A stretch of 64,000 nucleotides of DNA from an uncultured Gemmatimonadales bacterium (GCA_963716255.1 OY970303.1:3392001-3456000); one strand, 5' to 3'. Counted from the stretch's first letter, positions 47,873 to 57,798 are shown. Numbers and translations: made by a program. Notes: a model not told the origin generated them from the sequence alone.

Positions 47873-49175
47873 TCATGGGCTCCGGCTCCACCGGGTGCCC
47901 GGGGACGGGCCGCACCCGCCAGCGCGCCGCCAGCGTGGCCAGCACCAGGATCTCCTCCGTCCACGCGAACCCCTCGCCGATGCACTTCCGCGGCCCCCCG
48001 CCAAAGGGAAAGTAGGCGAACCTGGGCAGCCCCGCCTCCATCTCCGGCGTCCAGCGGCCGGGGTCGAAGCGGAGCGGGTCCGGCCACCAGCGCGGGTCGC
48101 GCTGGATCACCCAGGGGCTCATCAGCACGATGGAGCCCGCCTCCACCCGGAAGCCCCCGACCTCCATGTCGTGCAGCGGCTGCCGCCCCACCACGTACGC
48201 CGGGGGGAACACGCGCATGCTCTCGGCCAGCACCGCGCGCGTGTACGGCAGCGCGGGGACGTCGTCCACGGTGGGGAGCCGCCCGTCCAGCACCGTGTCC
48301 AGCTCCGCGTGGAGCGCCGCCTCCGCCTCCGGGCTCCCGGCCAGCAGGTGCCAGGTCCACGCCAGCGCGTTGGCGGTGGTCTCGTGCCCCGCCAGGAAGA
48401 TCGTCAGCGCCTCGTCGCGCAATTGCAGGTCGGTCATGCCGCCGCCGTCGCCCTCGGTGTCCTGCGCCAGCAGGAGCATGGAAAGCAGGTCGCCGCGGTC
48501 CTCCCCCGTGCGCCGCCGCTCCGCGATGATGCGGTAGATGGTGGCGTCCAGCCGCGCGCGCGCCCGCCGCATGCGCAGCGTCCCCGGGGTGGGGAGGCGG
48601 TCCAGCAGCGGGCCCAGCGGGTTGGTGAGCCGCTTGTACAGCCCCAGCGCCGTGGTCAGCGCGCCGGCGATCTCCTCCGCCTCCCCCGCCACCTCCGCCC
48701 CGAAGAGCGTCTTCCCCGCGATGGCCAGCGTCAGCCGGTTCATCTCCCGCGCCACGTCCCGGGTCTCGCCGTGGCGCCACTCCTCCGCCATGCGCGCCGC
48801 GTAGGCGGTCATGTCCGCCGCGTACGCCGCGATGCGCTCGCGGTGGAACGCCGGCTGCGCCAGCCGCCGCTGCCGCAGGTGAAGCGGCTCCTCGCTGGTG
48901 AGCAGCCCCTCGCCCAGCAGCACCCGGGCGCGCTGCAGCGCGTAGCTCTTGATGAACTCCCGGTGGCGCGTCACCAGTACCTCGCGCACCATCTCCGGGT
49001 CGCCCAGCAGGGTGACGCGCCGCGGCCCGAAGCGCATGGCCGCCACGTCGCCGTGCCCGGCGGCGAGCCGCTCCAGCGTTCCCAGCGGGTCGCGGCGGAA
49101 GCCCAGCAGGTCGCCGCCCGGCACGCGGGTGCGCGGGCCGGGCGGCAGGGGCGGTGCGGCGGGGGGGGGAGCCAT
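47820..49175 (-). CDS. Cytochrome P450
   Basis: AGHETT, ESMR (ExxR) and heme motif [10 protein letters not shown]. Confidence 0.96.
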   Translation of the reverse strand: MAPPPAAPPLPPGPRTRVPGGDLLGFRRDPLGTLERLAAGHGDVAAMRFGPRRVTLLGDPEMVREVLVTRHREFIKSYALQRARVLLGEGLLTSEEPLHLRQRRLAQPAFHRERIAAYAADMTAYAARMAEEWRHGETRDVAREMNRLTLAIAGKTLFGAEVAGEAEEIAGALTTALGLYKRLTNPLGPLLDRLPTPGTLRMRRARARLDATIYRIIAERRRTGEDRGDLLSMLLLAQDTEGDGGGMTDLQLRDEALTIFLAGHETTANALAWTWHLLAGSPEAEAALHAELDTVLDGRLPTVDDVPALPYTRAVLAESMRVFPPAYVVGRQPLHDMEVGGFRVEAGSIVLMSPWVIQRDPRWWPDPLRFDPGRWTPEMEAGLPRFAYFPFGGGPRKCIGEGFAWTEEILVLATLAARWRVRPVPGHPVEPEPMITLRPRHGIRAVLERRR

Positions 49176-49203
49176 GCGGCGCTCCGTCGTGTCTACGTCC
49201 CCG

Positions 49204-50007
49204 TCAATGGATCAGCGACCCGATGCGGCCCCAGCGGGCGGCGGTCAGGAAGGCGAAGGGGCGCTCCACGTCGGCATCGTACGAGTAGTAGATGAACATG
49301 GGCTTGCCGTGGATCACGTCGCGCGGGATGAAGCCCATGAAGCGCGAGTCCAGCGACTCGTCGCGGTTGTCGCCCATCAGGAAGAGGTGCCCCTGCGGCA
49401 CCACCAGCGGCCCCCAGTTGTCGTTGGTGGGGCGGTACGCCTCCCGGCTCACCGAGGGGAGGAGCGCCGGGACGTGGTTGTGGTAGCCGTACTTGGCCGG
49501 GTCGATCTCCGGCGGGAGGAAGGCGCCGCCCCCCGTGCCGGTGTAGGCGATGGGCTGCTCCGGCGTGGCGGGGGGCACCTTGTACGGCTCCGCCAGCCGC
49601 CTGCCGTTGCGGACGATCACCCCGTCCACGCTCTGCAGCGTGTCTCCCGGCTCCCCGATCACCCGCTTCACCACGTCGATCACCGGCTGGTTGTACGTGG
49701 GGCGGAACACCACGATGTCGCCGTGGCGCGGCTCGCGGAAGCCGGGAAGGCGCGCGTCGCTGAAGGGAATGTGCGGGCCGAAGACCGCGTTGTTGGCCAT
49801 CAGGTAGTCGCCCACCAGCAGCGTGCGCTCCATGCTGCGGGACGGGATGGAGAACGCCTGCACCAGGAAGGTGCGCAGCACCAGGAAGAGCACCAGGGCC
49901 ACCCCCAGCGACTTGACCCATTCCCACGCCTCGGCGCCGGCGGACTTCCTGGGTTTGCTGGAGCCCGCGGGGGCGGGGCGGGTGCTGCGGGTCTGGGGTG
50001 TCGCCAC
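49204..50007 (-). CDS. lepB: Signal peptidase I; start uncertain
   Basis: IPSRSMERTL, VKRVIGEPGD and MGDNRDESLDSR. Confidence 0.93.
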   Translation of the reverse strand: MATPQTRSTRPAPAGSSKPRKSAGAEAWEWVKSLGVALVLFLVLRTFLVQAFSIPSRSMERTLLVGDYLMANNAVFGPHIPFSDARLPGFREPRHGDIVVFRPTYNQPVIDVVKRVIGEPGDTLQSVDGVIVRNGRRLAEPYKVPPATPEQPIAYTGTGGGAFLPPEIDPAKYGYHNHVPALLPSVSREAYRPTNDNWGPLVVPQGHLFLMGDNRDESLDSRFMGFIPRDVIHGKPMFIYYSYDADVERPFAFLTAARWGRIGSLIH

Positions 50008-50139
50008 GGTGCTGGAGGCTGCGGGGAGCGGGGGTGTCGTCACAGGGGTACAGAATACCGGGGCGTGCCTTCGGAGCACAACCGTCCGGGCTGGCAGCTA
50101 AGTACGCCGTGTGCGTGTTTTGGTTTCACGGGTCGCGTG

Positions 50140-50385
50140 TCGTGGCGGGGCCGCTCCGGAACCAGGCCAAACGGCCGGCCTGTTTCCTACGCGGGCTCCG
50201 GGAACCCCGCCAAACGGCCGGCGGGTTTCCCTCCGCCGGAGGGAGACTCGCCAAACAGCCGGCGAGTCTCCCTCCGAACCGATTCATGTGGGTACTGCGA
50301 AACGGCGAACGGCAGTCTCGTGCTTCGGGCTGCGTACCGTCTCCGTCACGGCCGCCCGCCTTCGCCGCGCGCCCTTGGCGCAACC
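50140..50385 (+). repeat. Palindromic dispersed repeat family B, copy 2
   Basis: Inverted homolog of 46245-46590. Contains tandem ...CCAAAC(G/A)GCCGGC... hairpins. Confidence 0.75.
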
Positions 50386-50462
50386 CCGTCCCCTGCGCGT
50401 ATCTTTCGGACCGCGGCGGGGTCCGGGTCCGCCGTCATCCGCTTCCAGCAACGAGCTTTCGC

Positions 50463-52046
50463 ATGAACCGACGAATCGTCCGCACCCTGGGAGTGCTCGC
50501 GGCCCTTGTGGGCGCCCTTCCGCTGGCCGCGCAGGCGCCCGCCGCCCCGCGGGAAACCCCGCGGCTGGTGGTGTTCCTCACCGTGGACCAGCTGCGCGCG
50601 GACTACTTCCAGAAGTACGGGAGCCAGCTGACCGGGGGGCTGGCGCGGCTGTACCGCGGCGGGGCGGTGTTCACCAACGCCTACCAGGACCACGCCAACA
50701 CCGAGACCGCGCCGGGGCACGCCAGCACCATGTCGGGGCGCTTCCCGCGCAGCACCGGCATCGTGCAGAACGTGGCCGGGGTGCAGGACCCGCAGGCGCC
50801 GCTCTTGGGCGGCGGCGGGTTGGGGGCGTCGCCCTTCCGCTTCCGCGGCACGGTGCTCACCGACTGGCTGCGCATCAAGGACCCGCGCACCCGCGCGCTC
50901 TCCGTGTCGCGCAAGGACCGCGGCGCCATCCTCCCCCTGGGGCGCGCGCACCAGCAGGTGTACTGGTACGCCACCGACGGGCGCTTCACCACCAGCACCT
51001 ACTACGCCGACACGCTCCCCACGTGGGTGCGGCGCTTCAACGACCGGCGGGTGCCGCAGGGCATGGCGGGGCAGGCCTGGACACTGCTCCTCCCCGCGGG
51101 CGCGTACCCGGAGCCGGACAGCGTCCCGGTGGAGAGCGCCGGGCGCGACTTCACCTTTCCGCACGTGCTCCCCGCGGACCCGGCGGCGGCGGCGCGCAGC
51201 TTCCCCGAGTTCCCCTGGATGGACCAGCTCACGCTCGACCTCGCCCTCCAGGGGCTCAGCGAGCTGAAGCTGGGAACCGGGCCGCAGACCGACGTGCTGG
51301 CGGTGTCGCTCTCCACCACGGACGCCGTGGGGCACCGCTACGGCCCGGACTCGCGCGAGATCCGCGACCAGGTGCTGCGGCTGGACCGCATGCTGGGCGC
51401 GTTCCTGGACTCGCTGTACACCGTCCGCGACTCGTCCCGCGTGGTGATCGCGCTCACCGCGGACCACGGCGTCACCCCCTTCCCGGAGGTGGCGCACCCC
51501 GCCGACGCCGCCCGCTACCACGTGCGGCTGGACAGCCTGGCGATGGCCCTGCGGCGCGGGCTGGCCGCCGCGGGCGCAGACAGCGCCGCCGCGACCGTGG
51601 AGGACGGGATGCTCTTCCTGGACCGCGACGCCCTGGCCCGGGCCCGGGTCAACGCGGACTCGCTGGCGCGCGCCTTCGCGGCGGCCGCGCGGCGCGTCCC
51701 CGGCGTGCTCCGCGCCGACCTGGTGCGCGACCTGGCGCGGGGCGACACCGTGGGCGACGCGGTCGCGCGCCGCTGGGTGCACATGCTCCCGCCCGACCTC
51801 CCCGTGGAGGCGGTCGTGACCATCAAGCCCGGGCACGTGTGGGGGGTCGCCAGCTACGCGCAGCACGGCTCCCCGCAGGACGTGGACGCCCACGTGCCGG
51901 TGATCTTCTACGGCACCCCGTTCAGGCCCGGCCGCTACGGCGCCTTCGCGCGCGTGGTGGACATGGCGCCCACCCTGGCCCGCGTGCTCGACGTGCGCCC
52001 CACCGAGCGGCTGGACGGCCGCGTGCTGACCGAGGCGCTGCGGTAG
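50463..52046 (+). CDS. Alkaline phosphatase superfamily protein (PafA-like), secreted
   Basis: Signal peptide. TVDQLRAD, TETAPGHAS, SRKDRGAIL, DAVGHRYGP, LTADHG and QHGSP. Confidence 0.92.
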   Translation: MNRRIVRTLGVLAALVGALPLAAQAPAAPRETPRLVVFLTVDQLRADYFQKYGSQLTGGLARLYRGGAVFTNAYQDHANTETAPGHASTMSGRFPRSTGIVQNVAGVQDPQAPLLGGGGLGASPFRFRGTVLTDWLRIKDPRTRALSVSRKDRGAILPLGRAHQQVYWYATDGRFTTSTYYADTLPTWVRRFNDRRVPQGMAGQAWTLLLPAGAYPEPDSVPVESAGRDFTFPHVLPADPAAAARSFPEFPWMDQLTLDLALQGLSELKLGTGPQTDVLAVSLSTTDAVGHRYGPDSREIRDQVLRLDRMLGAFLDSLYTVRDSSRVVIALTADHGVTPFPEVAHPADAARYHVRLDSLAMALRRGLAAAGADSAAATVEDGMLFLDRDALARARVNADSLARAFAAAARRVPGVLRADLVRDLARGDTVGDAVARRWVHMLPPDLPVEAVVTIKPGHVWGVASYAQHGSPQDVDAHVPVIFYGTPFRPGRYGAFARVVDMAPTLARVLDVRPTERLDGRVLTEALR

Positions 52047-52172
52047 CGCCCACGGCCCGCGGACGAAAGGGGCGGCGGACCGGTCCGGTACGACGCCCTT
52101 TTCGTTTCCCGGCGGCTCGATAGGTTTCGGACCGAGGAGGTTGTCGTGTCAACCCGGATCACAGAGGTGGCG

Positions 52173-52463
52173 ATGCGGCGGGACGAAGCGCTGCGGATCC
52201 TGCGGGAGCACAGGGCGGAGCTGGACAGGATGGGAGTCCGCTCGCTGTCCTTGTTCGGCTCCGTCGCCAGGGATGAGGCCGGTCCAGCGAGCGACGTGGA
52301 CATCCTGGTGGAATTCACACCCCCCGTCGGGTTCTTTCACTTCGTTGGAGTAGAGGAGCAGCTGGAGGAGTGGCTGAAGTGCCGCGTCGATCTGGTCACC
52401 CCCGGCGGCCTGAAGCACCAGTTGCGCGACCGGATTCTCGCCGAAGCGATCCGTGCCGCCTAG
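52173..52463 (+). CDS. mntA: Minimal nucleotidyltransferase (MNT) antitoxin
   Basis: LFGSVARDEAGPASDVDILV (GSx10DxD). GAGGTGG RBS. Confidence 0.9.
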   Translation: MRRDEALRILREHRAELDRMGVRSLSLFGSVARDEAGPASDVDILVEFTPPVGFFHFVGVEEQLEEWLKCRVDLVTPGGLKHQLRDRILAEAIRAA

Positions 52464-52800
52464 AGGCTGGAGGCTGCGCCTCGAGGACATCCTCGATTCG
52501 ATCACGAAGATCGAGCGGTACATCTACGGCTTGTCGTTCGAAGAATTCTGTGTCGACGACAGAACGTTCGATGCTGTCGCCTGGAACTTCGGGATCATCG
52601 GTGAGGCTGCCCGCAATGTCCCGCCGGAGATCACCGGCCGATATCCCGAGATTCCGTGATCTCGCATGCGCGGGATGCGCAACTTCGTGGTGCACGAGTA
52701 TTTCGGTATGGATGCGGAGATCATCTGGGCGACGATCCACACGGATTTCCCGATGGTCGTCCCGCAGCTCCGGAGGATTCTGGAAGAAGAGCCATCGTAG
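52453..52800 (+). pseudogene. hepT: HEPN/DUF86 RNase toxin interrupted by an in-frame TGA at 52657-52659
   Basis: IIGEAA...YPEIP*SRMRGMRNFVVHEYFG...IIW. The stop replaces the conserved Trp of IPW, and the frame continues through RxxxxHxY to TAG at 52800. Confidence 0.88.
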
Positions 52801-52819
52801 ATCATCGCAACACCTCCCG

Positions 52820-53362
52820 ATGGACCCCTCCCTCGTCCGCGCCAGCAAGTTCCTGAGCCTGGTCCTGCGCCACCGGCCGGACCACATCGGGATCACGCTC
52901 GACTCCGCCGGCTGGGTGTCCGTGGACGAGCTGCTCGCGGCGGCGCGGCGGTCCGGCTTCCCGCTCGACCGGGCCACGCTGGAGCGCGTCGTCGCCGAGA
53001 ACGACAAGCGGCGCTTCGCCTTCAGCGCCGACGGGGAGCGCATCCGAGCCAGCCAGGGCCACTCGGTGGACGTGGACCTGGGGATCGCGGCGCAGGCGCC
53101 CCCGGACGAGCTCTTCCACGGCACCGCCACCCGCTTCCTGGAGTCCATCCGCCGTGAGGGGTTGAGGGCCGGCAGCCGCACCCACGTGCACCTCTCTCCC
53201 GACGAGGCCACGGCACGCGCCGTGGGGCGGCGGCACGGATCGCCCGTCGTGCTGCGGGTGGCCGCGGGCGACATGCACCGGGACGGGCTCGCGCTCGTCC
53301 GCTCCGAGAACGGCGTCTGGCTGGCCCGCGAGGTCCCCGTGCGCTACCTCGCCCTTCCGTAG
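52820..53362 (+). CDS. kptA: RNA 2'-phosphotransferase (Tpt1/KptA)
   Basis: SKFLSLVLRH, NDKRRF, IRASQGHS, LFHGT, RTHVHLS and SENGVWL. Confidence 0.95.
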   Translation: MDPSLVRASKFLSLVLRHRPDHIGITLDSAGWVSVDELLAAARRSGFPLDRATLERVVAENDKRRFAFSADGERIRASQGHSVDVDLGIAAQAPPDELFHGTATRFLESIRREGLRAGSRTHVHLSPDEATARAVGRRHGSPVVLRVAAGDMHRDGLALVRSENGVWLAREVPVRYLALP

Positions 53363-53447
53363 CCGCTCCGCCGGATCACGAACCTGCAACGACGAGCGGG
53401 GCGGCCCCTCCAGGGACCGCCCCGCTGCCGTCTCCCGGCGCCGCGGC

Positions 53448-54434
53448 TCAGGTGGAGGCGGCCGGACCGGCGTCGTCCCCGGCGGCCTTCCGGCGGCGGC
53501 GCCGGGCCGCGCCCAGCCCCAGCAGCCCCGACCCCAGCAGGACCATGCTGGCGGGCTCGGGGGTGGCGGTGACCGGCGGCTCCTGGGGGGGAAGCGCGCC
53601 CGCGAACGCCTGCGCGTAGAACTCGGTGTTCCCCCGGCCGCCCCTGGCCACGAAGTCGCCCACGAACTGCGCGTACGGCATGGTGAAGGTGGCGTTCGGG
53701 GCAAGGACGCTCCCCACCATGGACCCGCGGAAGAGCAGGTCCGTGGAGTTGTAGTAGTTCCAGAGCACGCGCCCCGCCATGGCCGTGGTGGAGGCGCCGT
53801 TCGCGCCCGCGCCGTTGATGAAGATGCCGCAGTTGGTGGTCTGCGCCGATGCGCCGCTCACGTTGATGATCGCCGTCGCCGTGGTGGGGATGTTGACGTT
53901 CACCGTGCACGCGCCATTGAAGTCGGACGCCATCACGTTGAAGATGTTCAGCCCCGCGCCGGTCCCGGTGAAGGTCCAGCTTCCGTAGCTGCTGGCCACC
54001 GAAGCCCCGGCCGACGTGCCCAGGCTCCCCAGCGCCGTGGCCAGGGTGGTGTAGTAGCTCCGCTGCGACGCGAAGTCCACCGGCGATCCCCCGCCCACCG
54101 TGGTGGCCCCGTGCGGGGTGGTGGGGGTGGTGCCGGACAGCGCGCCGGCGTACGCGTCGCCATGGAACACCTGCCAGCCGCCCGGCACGGTGAGGGTGCC
54201 GCCCACCACCAGGTTGTACTGGTCGTCGGCCGCGGAGGTGAGCGAGGCGCCCACCCCGTAGTTCTGCAGCCGCGCGTCGCCGCCCACCGCGAGACGGCCG
54301 TTGGTCTCGGTGTTCTCGCTGAGAAACTGCTCGAAGATCATCACGTTGTACCCGGCCGACCCGCCGACCTGGGCGCGGGCCACGGACGCCGGGAGGGCAA
54401 GTACCGCCATGAGGAACCAGACACGTGCGCGCAT
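53448..54434 (-). CDS. Choice-of-anchor A domain protein with PEP-CTERM sorting signal
   Basis: Signal peptide; GRLAVGG, VLWNY and GSVLAPNA; C-terminal TPEPASMVLLGSGLLGLGAARRRRR. Confidence 0.88.
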   Translation of the reverse strand: MRARVWFLMAVLALPASVARAQVGGSAGYNVMIFEQFLSENTETNGRLAVGGDARLQNYGVGASLTSAADDQYNLVVGGTLTVPGGWQVFHGDAYAGALSGTTPTTPHGATTVGGGSPVDFASQRSYYTTLATALGSLGTSAGASVASSYGSWTFTGTGAGLNIFNVMASDFNGACTVNVNIPTTATAIINVSGASAQTTNCGIFINGAGANGASTTAMAGRVLWNYYNSTDLLFRGSMVGSVLAPNATFTMPYAQFVGDFVARGGRGNTEFYAQAFAGALPPQEPPVTATPEPASMVLLGSGLLGLGAARRRRRKAAGDDAGPAAST

Positions 54435-54694
54435 CTGCTCTGCCGCGTTGAAGGGGTGCCAGTTGGAGAGTGGTGCACCCGTCCCGGTTCTCAAGACGCG
54501 CACCGGCGGCGCTCCCCGGGCTTCCCGTCCACCGCGGACCGCGGGCATGTGAAAAAGCCACAGCAGGATGGAAAGAAACGGCGGGGAGGCGCGGCGCCAC
54601 CCGGCGCCCGGACGGCCGGCTCCGGGAAGTCTCGCGGAAGCCGCAGCTGTGGAGCGCGTGCAACGGCCGCATCGCGTGGCCCGCCGGACGGGCG

Positions 54695-54735
54695 AAAAAA
54701 GCGGGGGCGCCGGACATCGATCCGGCGCCCCCGCT
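54695..54735 (-). terminator. Intrinsic terminator of the acyltransferase gene
   Basis: AAAAAA-GCGGGGGCGCCGGA-6nt-TCCGGCGCCCCCGC, i.e. a 14-bp stem plus U6 on the minus strand. Confidence 0.85.
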
Positions 54736-54768
54736 GCGCATCCGTACTCCCGTGGCCCCGCGCGATCC

Positions 54769-55533
54769 CTAGCGCGGGCGGAGCGGCCGCTCCTCCGTTT
54801 CCAGCTCGCGGAACAGGCGGTCGCGCGTCTCCTGGATCATGGCGCTCACGCGGTCGCGCAGCGCGGCCACGTCGGCGAGCGTCAGCCCCTCCGTGGAGAT
54901 GGGCTCCAGCACCCGCACCTCCGCGGTCGCCCTCCCGAAGAGCATGGAGCCCTTGGGGAGCGCGTTTCGCGTCCCGGCCACCGCCAGGGGGAGGATGGGG
55001 ACGCCCGTCTCGATCGCCAGGCGGAAGGCGCCGTCCTTGAAGGGCAGCATCTCCCGCGTGCGCGAGCGCGTCCCCTCCGGGAAGATCATCACCGACACCC
55101 TCTTCGCCAGGCGGTCGCGGCACTCCTCCAGCGCCTCCGCGCGGCTCGCCCGCTCTCCGCGCCGCACGGGGATGTCGCCCGCCATGCGCATCATCCACCC
55201 CATGAAGGGGAGCCTGAAGATGGACTCCTTGGAGAGCCACTTCATCTCCCAGGGGAGGTGCGAGATGAGGAAGATGTCCGCCATGGACTCGTGGTTGGAC
55301 ACGGCCACGTACGGACGCCGCGGGTCGCGCACCCGGAAGCCCGAGGTGCGGAACCGCCAGAGCGGGTTCAGGGCGACGGCCGTCACGGCGGCCCTGCGGA
55401 ACCAGCGTCCCGCCACGTAACGCCCGGGATCGAAGGGCGCGGTGGCCAGCCAGACCAGCGCGAGCCACGGGACCCACAGCATGGCGACCAGCGAGTTGGT
55501 GATCCAGATCCAGGAAGAGACCAGGTAGCGCAT
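54769..55533 (-). CDS. Lysophospholipid acyltransferase (PlsC-like)
   Basis: SNHESMADI (HxxxxD), FPEGTRS and FKDGAF. Confidence 0.93.
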   Translation of the reverse strand: MRYLVSSWIWITNSLVAMLWVPWLALVWLATAPFDPGRYVAGRWFRRAAVTAVALNPLWRFRTSGFRVRDPRRPYVAVSNHESMADIFLISHLPWEMKWLSKESIFRLPFMGWMMRMAGDIPVRRGERASRAEALEECRDRLAKRVSVMIFPEGTRSRTREMLPFKDGAFRLAIETGVPILPLAVAGTRNALPKGSMLFGRATAEVRVLEPISTEGLTLADVAALRDRVSAMIQETRDRLFRELETEERPLRPR

Positions 55534-55589
55534 GCCCTAAAAATGGAACAACCCGGGCCGGCGCGCTACCGCTGGACCGTGCCTGGTGC

Positions 55590-55769
55590 AGGGCTGCTCA
55601 AAACGGATGCAGATCAAGGCGCGCGAGGAGGGGCGACCGAGGCGTACTTCACGTACGCCGCAGGGCATCTCCAGACTGAGCACGCGCAGCGTGCGAAGAA
55701 CCCCGACGAGCAGCGTGACCGAAGGAAACCGAAGTTTCCACGCAGAGCTGCACCGTTTTCAGCAGCCCT
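55590..55769. mobile_element. MITE-like element, 180 bp, with ~22-bp terminal inverted repeats
   Basis: Left end AGGGCTGCTCAAAACGGATGCAG versus reverse complement of right end AGGGCTGCTGAAAACGG-TGCAG. Internal hairpin GGCGTAC-TTCAC-GTACGCC. No clear target-site duplication. Confidence 0.65.
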
Positions 55770-56121
55770 TGGCGCAGGCGGCACAGCACTTGGTCTCGGG
55801 GAAGATGGCGAGGCGCTCGAAGGGGATGGGGCCGCTGCACGCGGTGCAGGCGCCGTAGTGCCCCTCCTCGATGCGCCGCAGGGCGTCGAGGATGCTGGCG
55901 AGCTGCGCGCGCTCCCGGTCCTGGAGGCTCTGCGCGAGCCCCTGGTTCTGGATGGCGTCGATGCGGGACAGGCGGCCCACCGTGTCCTGCTCCAGCTCCT
56001 TCAGGGGGGCGGCCGCGCCGCTGATCTTCATGCTGCGCTCCAGGCGCGTCAGGGTGCGCAGGAGGTCGTCGCGGATCTCGCCGATCTGGGCCGGCGAGAG
56101 GGGGGATCGTGCTGCGATCAT
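55759..56121 (-). CDS. TraR/DksA C4-type zinc-finger protein
   Basis: VGRLSRIDAIQ and ALRRIEEGHYGACTACSGPIPFERL..FPETKCCAAC. Confidence 0.9.
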   Translation of the reverse strand: MIAARSPLSPAQIGEIRDDLLRTLTRLERSMKISGAAAPLKELEQDTVGRLSRIDAIQNQGLAQSLQDRERAQLASILDALRRIEEGHYGACTACSGPIPFERLAIFPETKCCAACAKGC

Positions 56122-56149
56122 GGCTTGCTGCTGTTGCTGCGTGAGGGGG

Positions 56150-57433
56150 CTAGCGAGTGGCGACACGGTCCAGGGCGATTCCCCAGGTGGCGCCGAGTAG
56201 GCCGGTGGGACGTCCGCCGACGCGCTCCAGGACCTCCCGGAGCACCGCGGCGATGGTGTGGTCGACGGCGCGGAAGACGGGCTCGGTGGCGGGATCCGCC
56301 CCCTCCTCCATCAGGTAGCTGTACGCGCGCGCCATCCCGCAGTTGGCGATCACGTCGGGGATCACGGTGAAGCGCCGGTCGGCCGCGCGCTGCACGCGGG
56401 TGGCGCCCAGCGCCGCCTCGCGGAAGGGCTGGTTGGCCCCGCAGGCGATCATCCGCACCCCCTGCGCGGCGAGCCGCCCCAGCGCTTCCTCGTCCAGCGA
56501 GCCGGAAACGGCGGCGGCCACGAACACGTCCGCGGGCACCTCGCCGAAGCGGGAGCGGTCCGGGGTGCAGCGGGGATCGGCGGCGGGGAGCAGCTTGTCG
56601 TCGTCGCGGCCGCGGAGCAGCGCCTCCACCTCCTCCGCCCCCATCCCCTCCGGAGCGAGGAGCGCCCGGTCGCGGTCGGTGATCCCCACCACCAGCGCCC
56701 CTTCCTGCGCCAGGTACAGCGCGCAGGGGGCGCCCACCGCCCCGAAGCCCTCCACCAGCACGCGGGCGCCGCGGATGGGGCGGCCCTGCTGCTCGTAGGC
56801 GTGGATGATGGAGCGCGCCACCCCGTACCCGGTCACCAGGTCCGCAAGCGGAAGCGGCATCCCCGGGAGCCCCAGCTCGCCGCCGACCGGCGTCGCCAGC
56901 CCGCGGTCCAGCGTGGCCAGGACCCCGCCCACCGCGTCCGGGGCGGCGGCGGCGTGGCCGCGCACGATCCCCTCCTGCGGGTGGCGGATCCCCAGCTCGG
57001 CCAGGCAGGGGACGACGTCGCGCACCTGGTCCACGTTGAGGTCGCCGCCGGTGCCGTAGCACTGGCGCAGGTACGGAGCGACGGCGGCGAACCAGCGGCG
57101 GAGGACCCCGTCGCGGCGCGGGTCCCTGGGGTCGAAGTCGATCCCGGACTTGGCCCCGCCGATGGGAGGTCCGGCGAAGGCGAACTTCAGCTCCATCGTC
57201 TTCGCCAGGTACGTCACCTCGCGGCGCGTGAGCCCCGGGCGCATGCGGGTGCCGCCGCCCGCGGCCCCGCCGCGGAGCGAGTTGACGACCAGCCAGCCGC
57301 GCGCCGGGGTCTCGTCGTCGGCCCACTCCACCACCAGCAGCGGAGGGCGGCGCAGGTACTCGCCGTAGCGGCTCCAGGCGGCCCCGGACGAGGCGCGGGA
57401 CGTCGGGGAAGATGCGGCGACGGCTGCGTTCAT
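56150..57433 (-). CDS. Glu/Leu/Phe/Val dehydrogenase family protein
   Basis: GGGTRM, MELKF, IGGAKSGI, TGYGV, VEGFGAVG, GANQPF and PDVIANCG. Confidence 0.88.
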   Translation of the reverse strand: MNAAVAASSPTSRASSGAAWSRYGEYLRRPPLLVVEWADDETPARGWLVVNSLRGGAAGGGTRMRPGLTRREVTYLAKTMELKFAFAGPPIGGAKSGIDFDPRDPRRDGVLRRWFAAVAPYLRQCYGTGGDLNVDQVRDVVPCLAELGIRHPQEGIVRGHAAAAPDAVGGVLATLDRGLATPVGGELGLPGMPLPLADLVTGYGVARSIIHAYEQQGRPIRGARVLVEGFGAVGAPCALYLAQEGALVVGITDRDRALLAPEGMGAEEVEALLRGRDDDKLLPAADPRCTPDRSRFGEVPADVFVAAAVSGSLDEEALGRLAAQGVRMIACGANQPFREAALGATRVQRAADRRFTVIPDVIANCGMARAYSYLMEEGADPATEPVFRAVDHTIAAVLREVLERVGGRPTGLLGATWGIALDRVATR

Positions 57434-57480
57434 CTCTGCGGCACTCGCGTAGACGGGGGGCGACGGACGGACGTCACCGC

Positions 57481-57798
57481 TCAGATCGGTTCCAGGAAGA
57501 CGTCGAACACCCCGCCGCACACGGCGGGGCTCCAGGAAAGCAGGTCCTCGGTGAGATCCACTCGGACCAGGCGCGCGGTCCGCGTGCGCACCACCTCGCG
57601 CGCGGCCTCGATCACGGCGGCCTCGCCGCACCCCCCGCCCACCGTGCCCGTGAGCCCGCGCTCCGGGTCCACCAGCATCTTGCTCCCCACCCCGCGCGGG
57701 GTGGAGCCCCTGCAGCGCACGATGGTGGCCAGCACGACCGGGCGTCCTTCCCGCGCCGCCTCGCCGGCGGCGTCGAACACGGCTTCGCTCTCGGTCAT
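57481..57798 (-). CDS. Stand-alone XdhC/CoxI N-terminal domain protein
   Basis: LATIV...GSTPRGVGSKMLV, GTVGGGCGE and VCGG. Confidence 0.88.
   Translation of the reverse strand: MTESEAVFDAAGEAAREGRPVVLATIVRCRGSTPRGVGSKMLVDPERGLTGTVGGGCGEAAVIEAAREVVRTRTARLVRVDLTEDLLSWSPAVCGGVFDVFLEPI

Noticed and set aside
52046..52110. Imperfect hairpin after the alkaline phosphatase gene, considered as an attC or insertion site
   Set aside because: No integrase or attC core sites. Best explained as an ordinary terminator (stem plus TTTTCGTTT).
52657..52659. TGA as recoded Trp or selenocysteine
   Set aside because: Many genes in the window end in TGA (standard code 11), the position is a Trp rather than Cys site, and I see no convincing SECIS. 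A nonsense mutation is simpler.
56122..56166. Poly-Gln N-terminal extension of the DksA/TraR ORF
   Set aside because: It lies upstream of the likelier ATG at 56121 and partly overlaps the dehydrogenase end. Probably untranslated.
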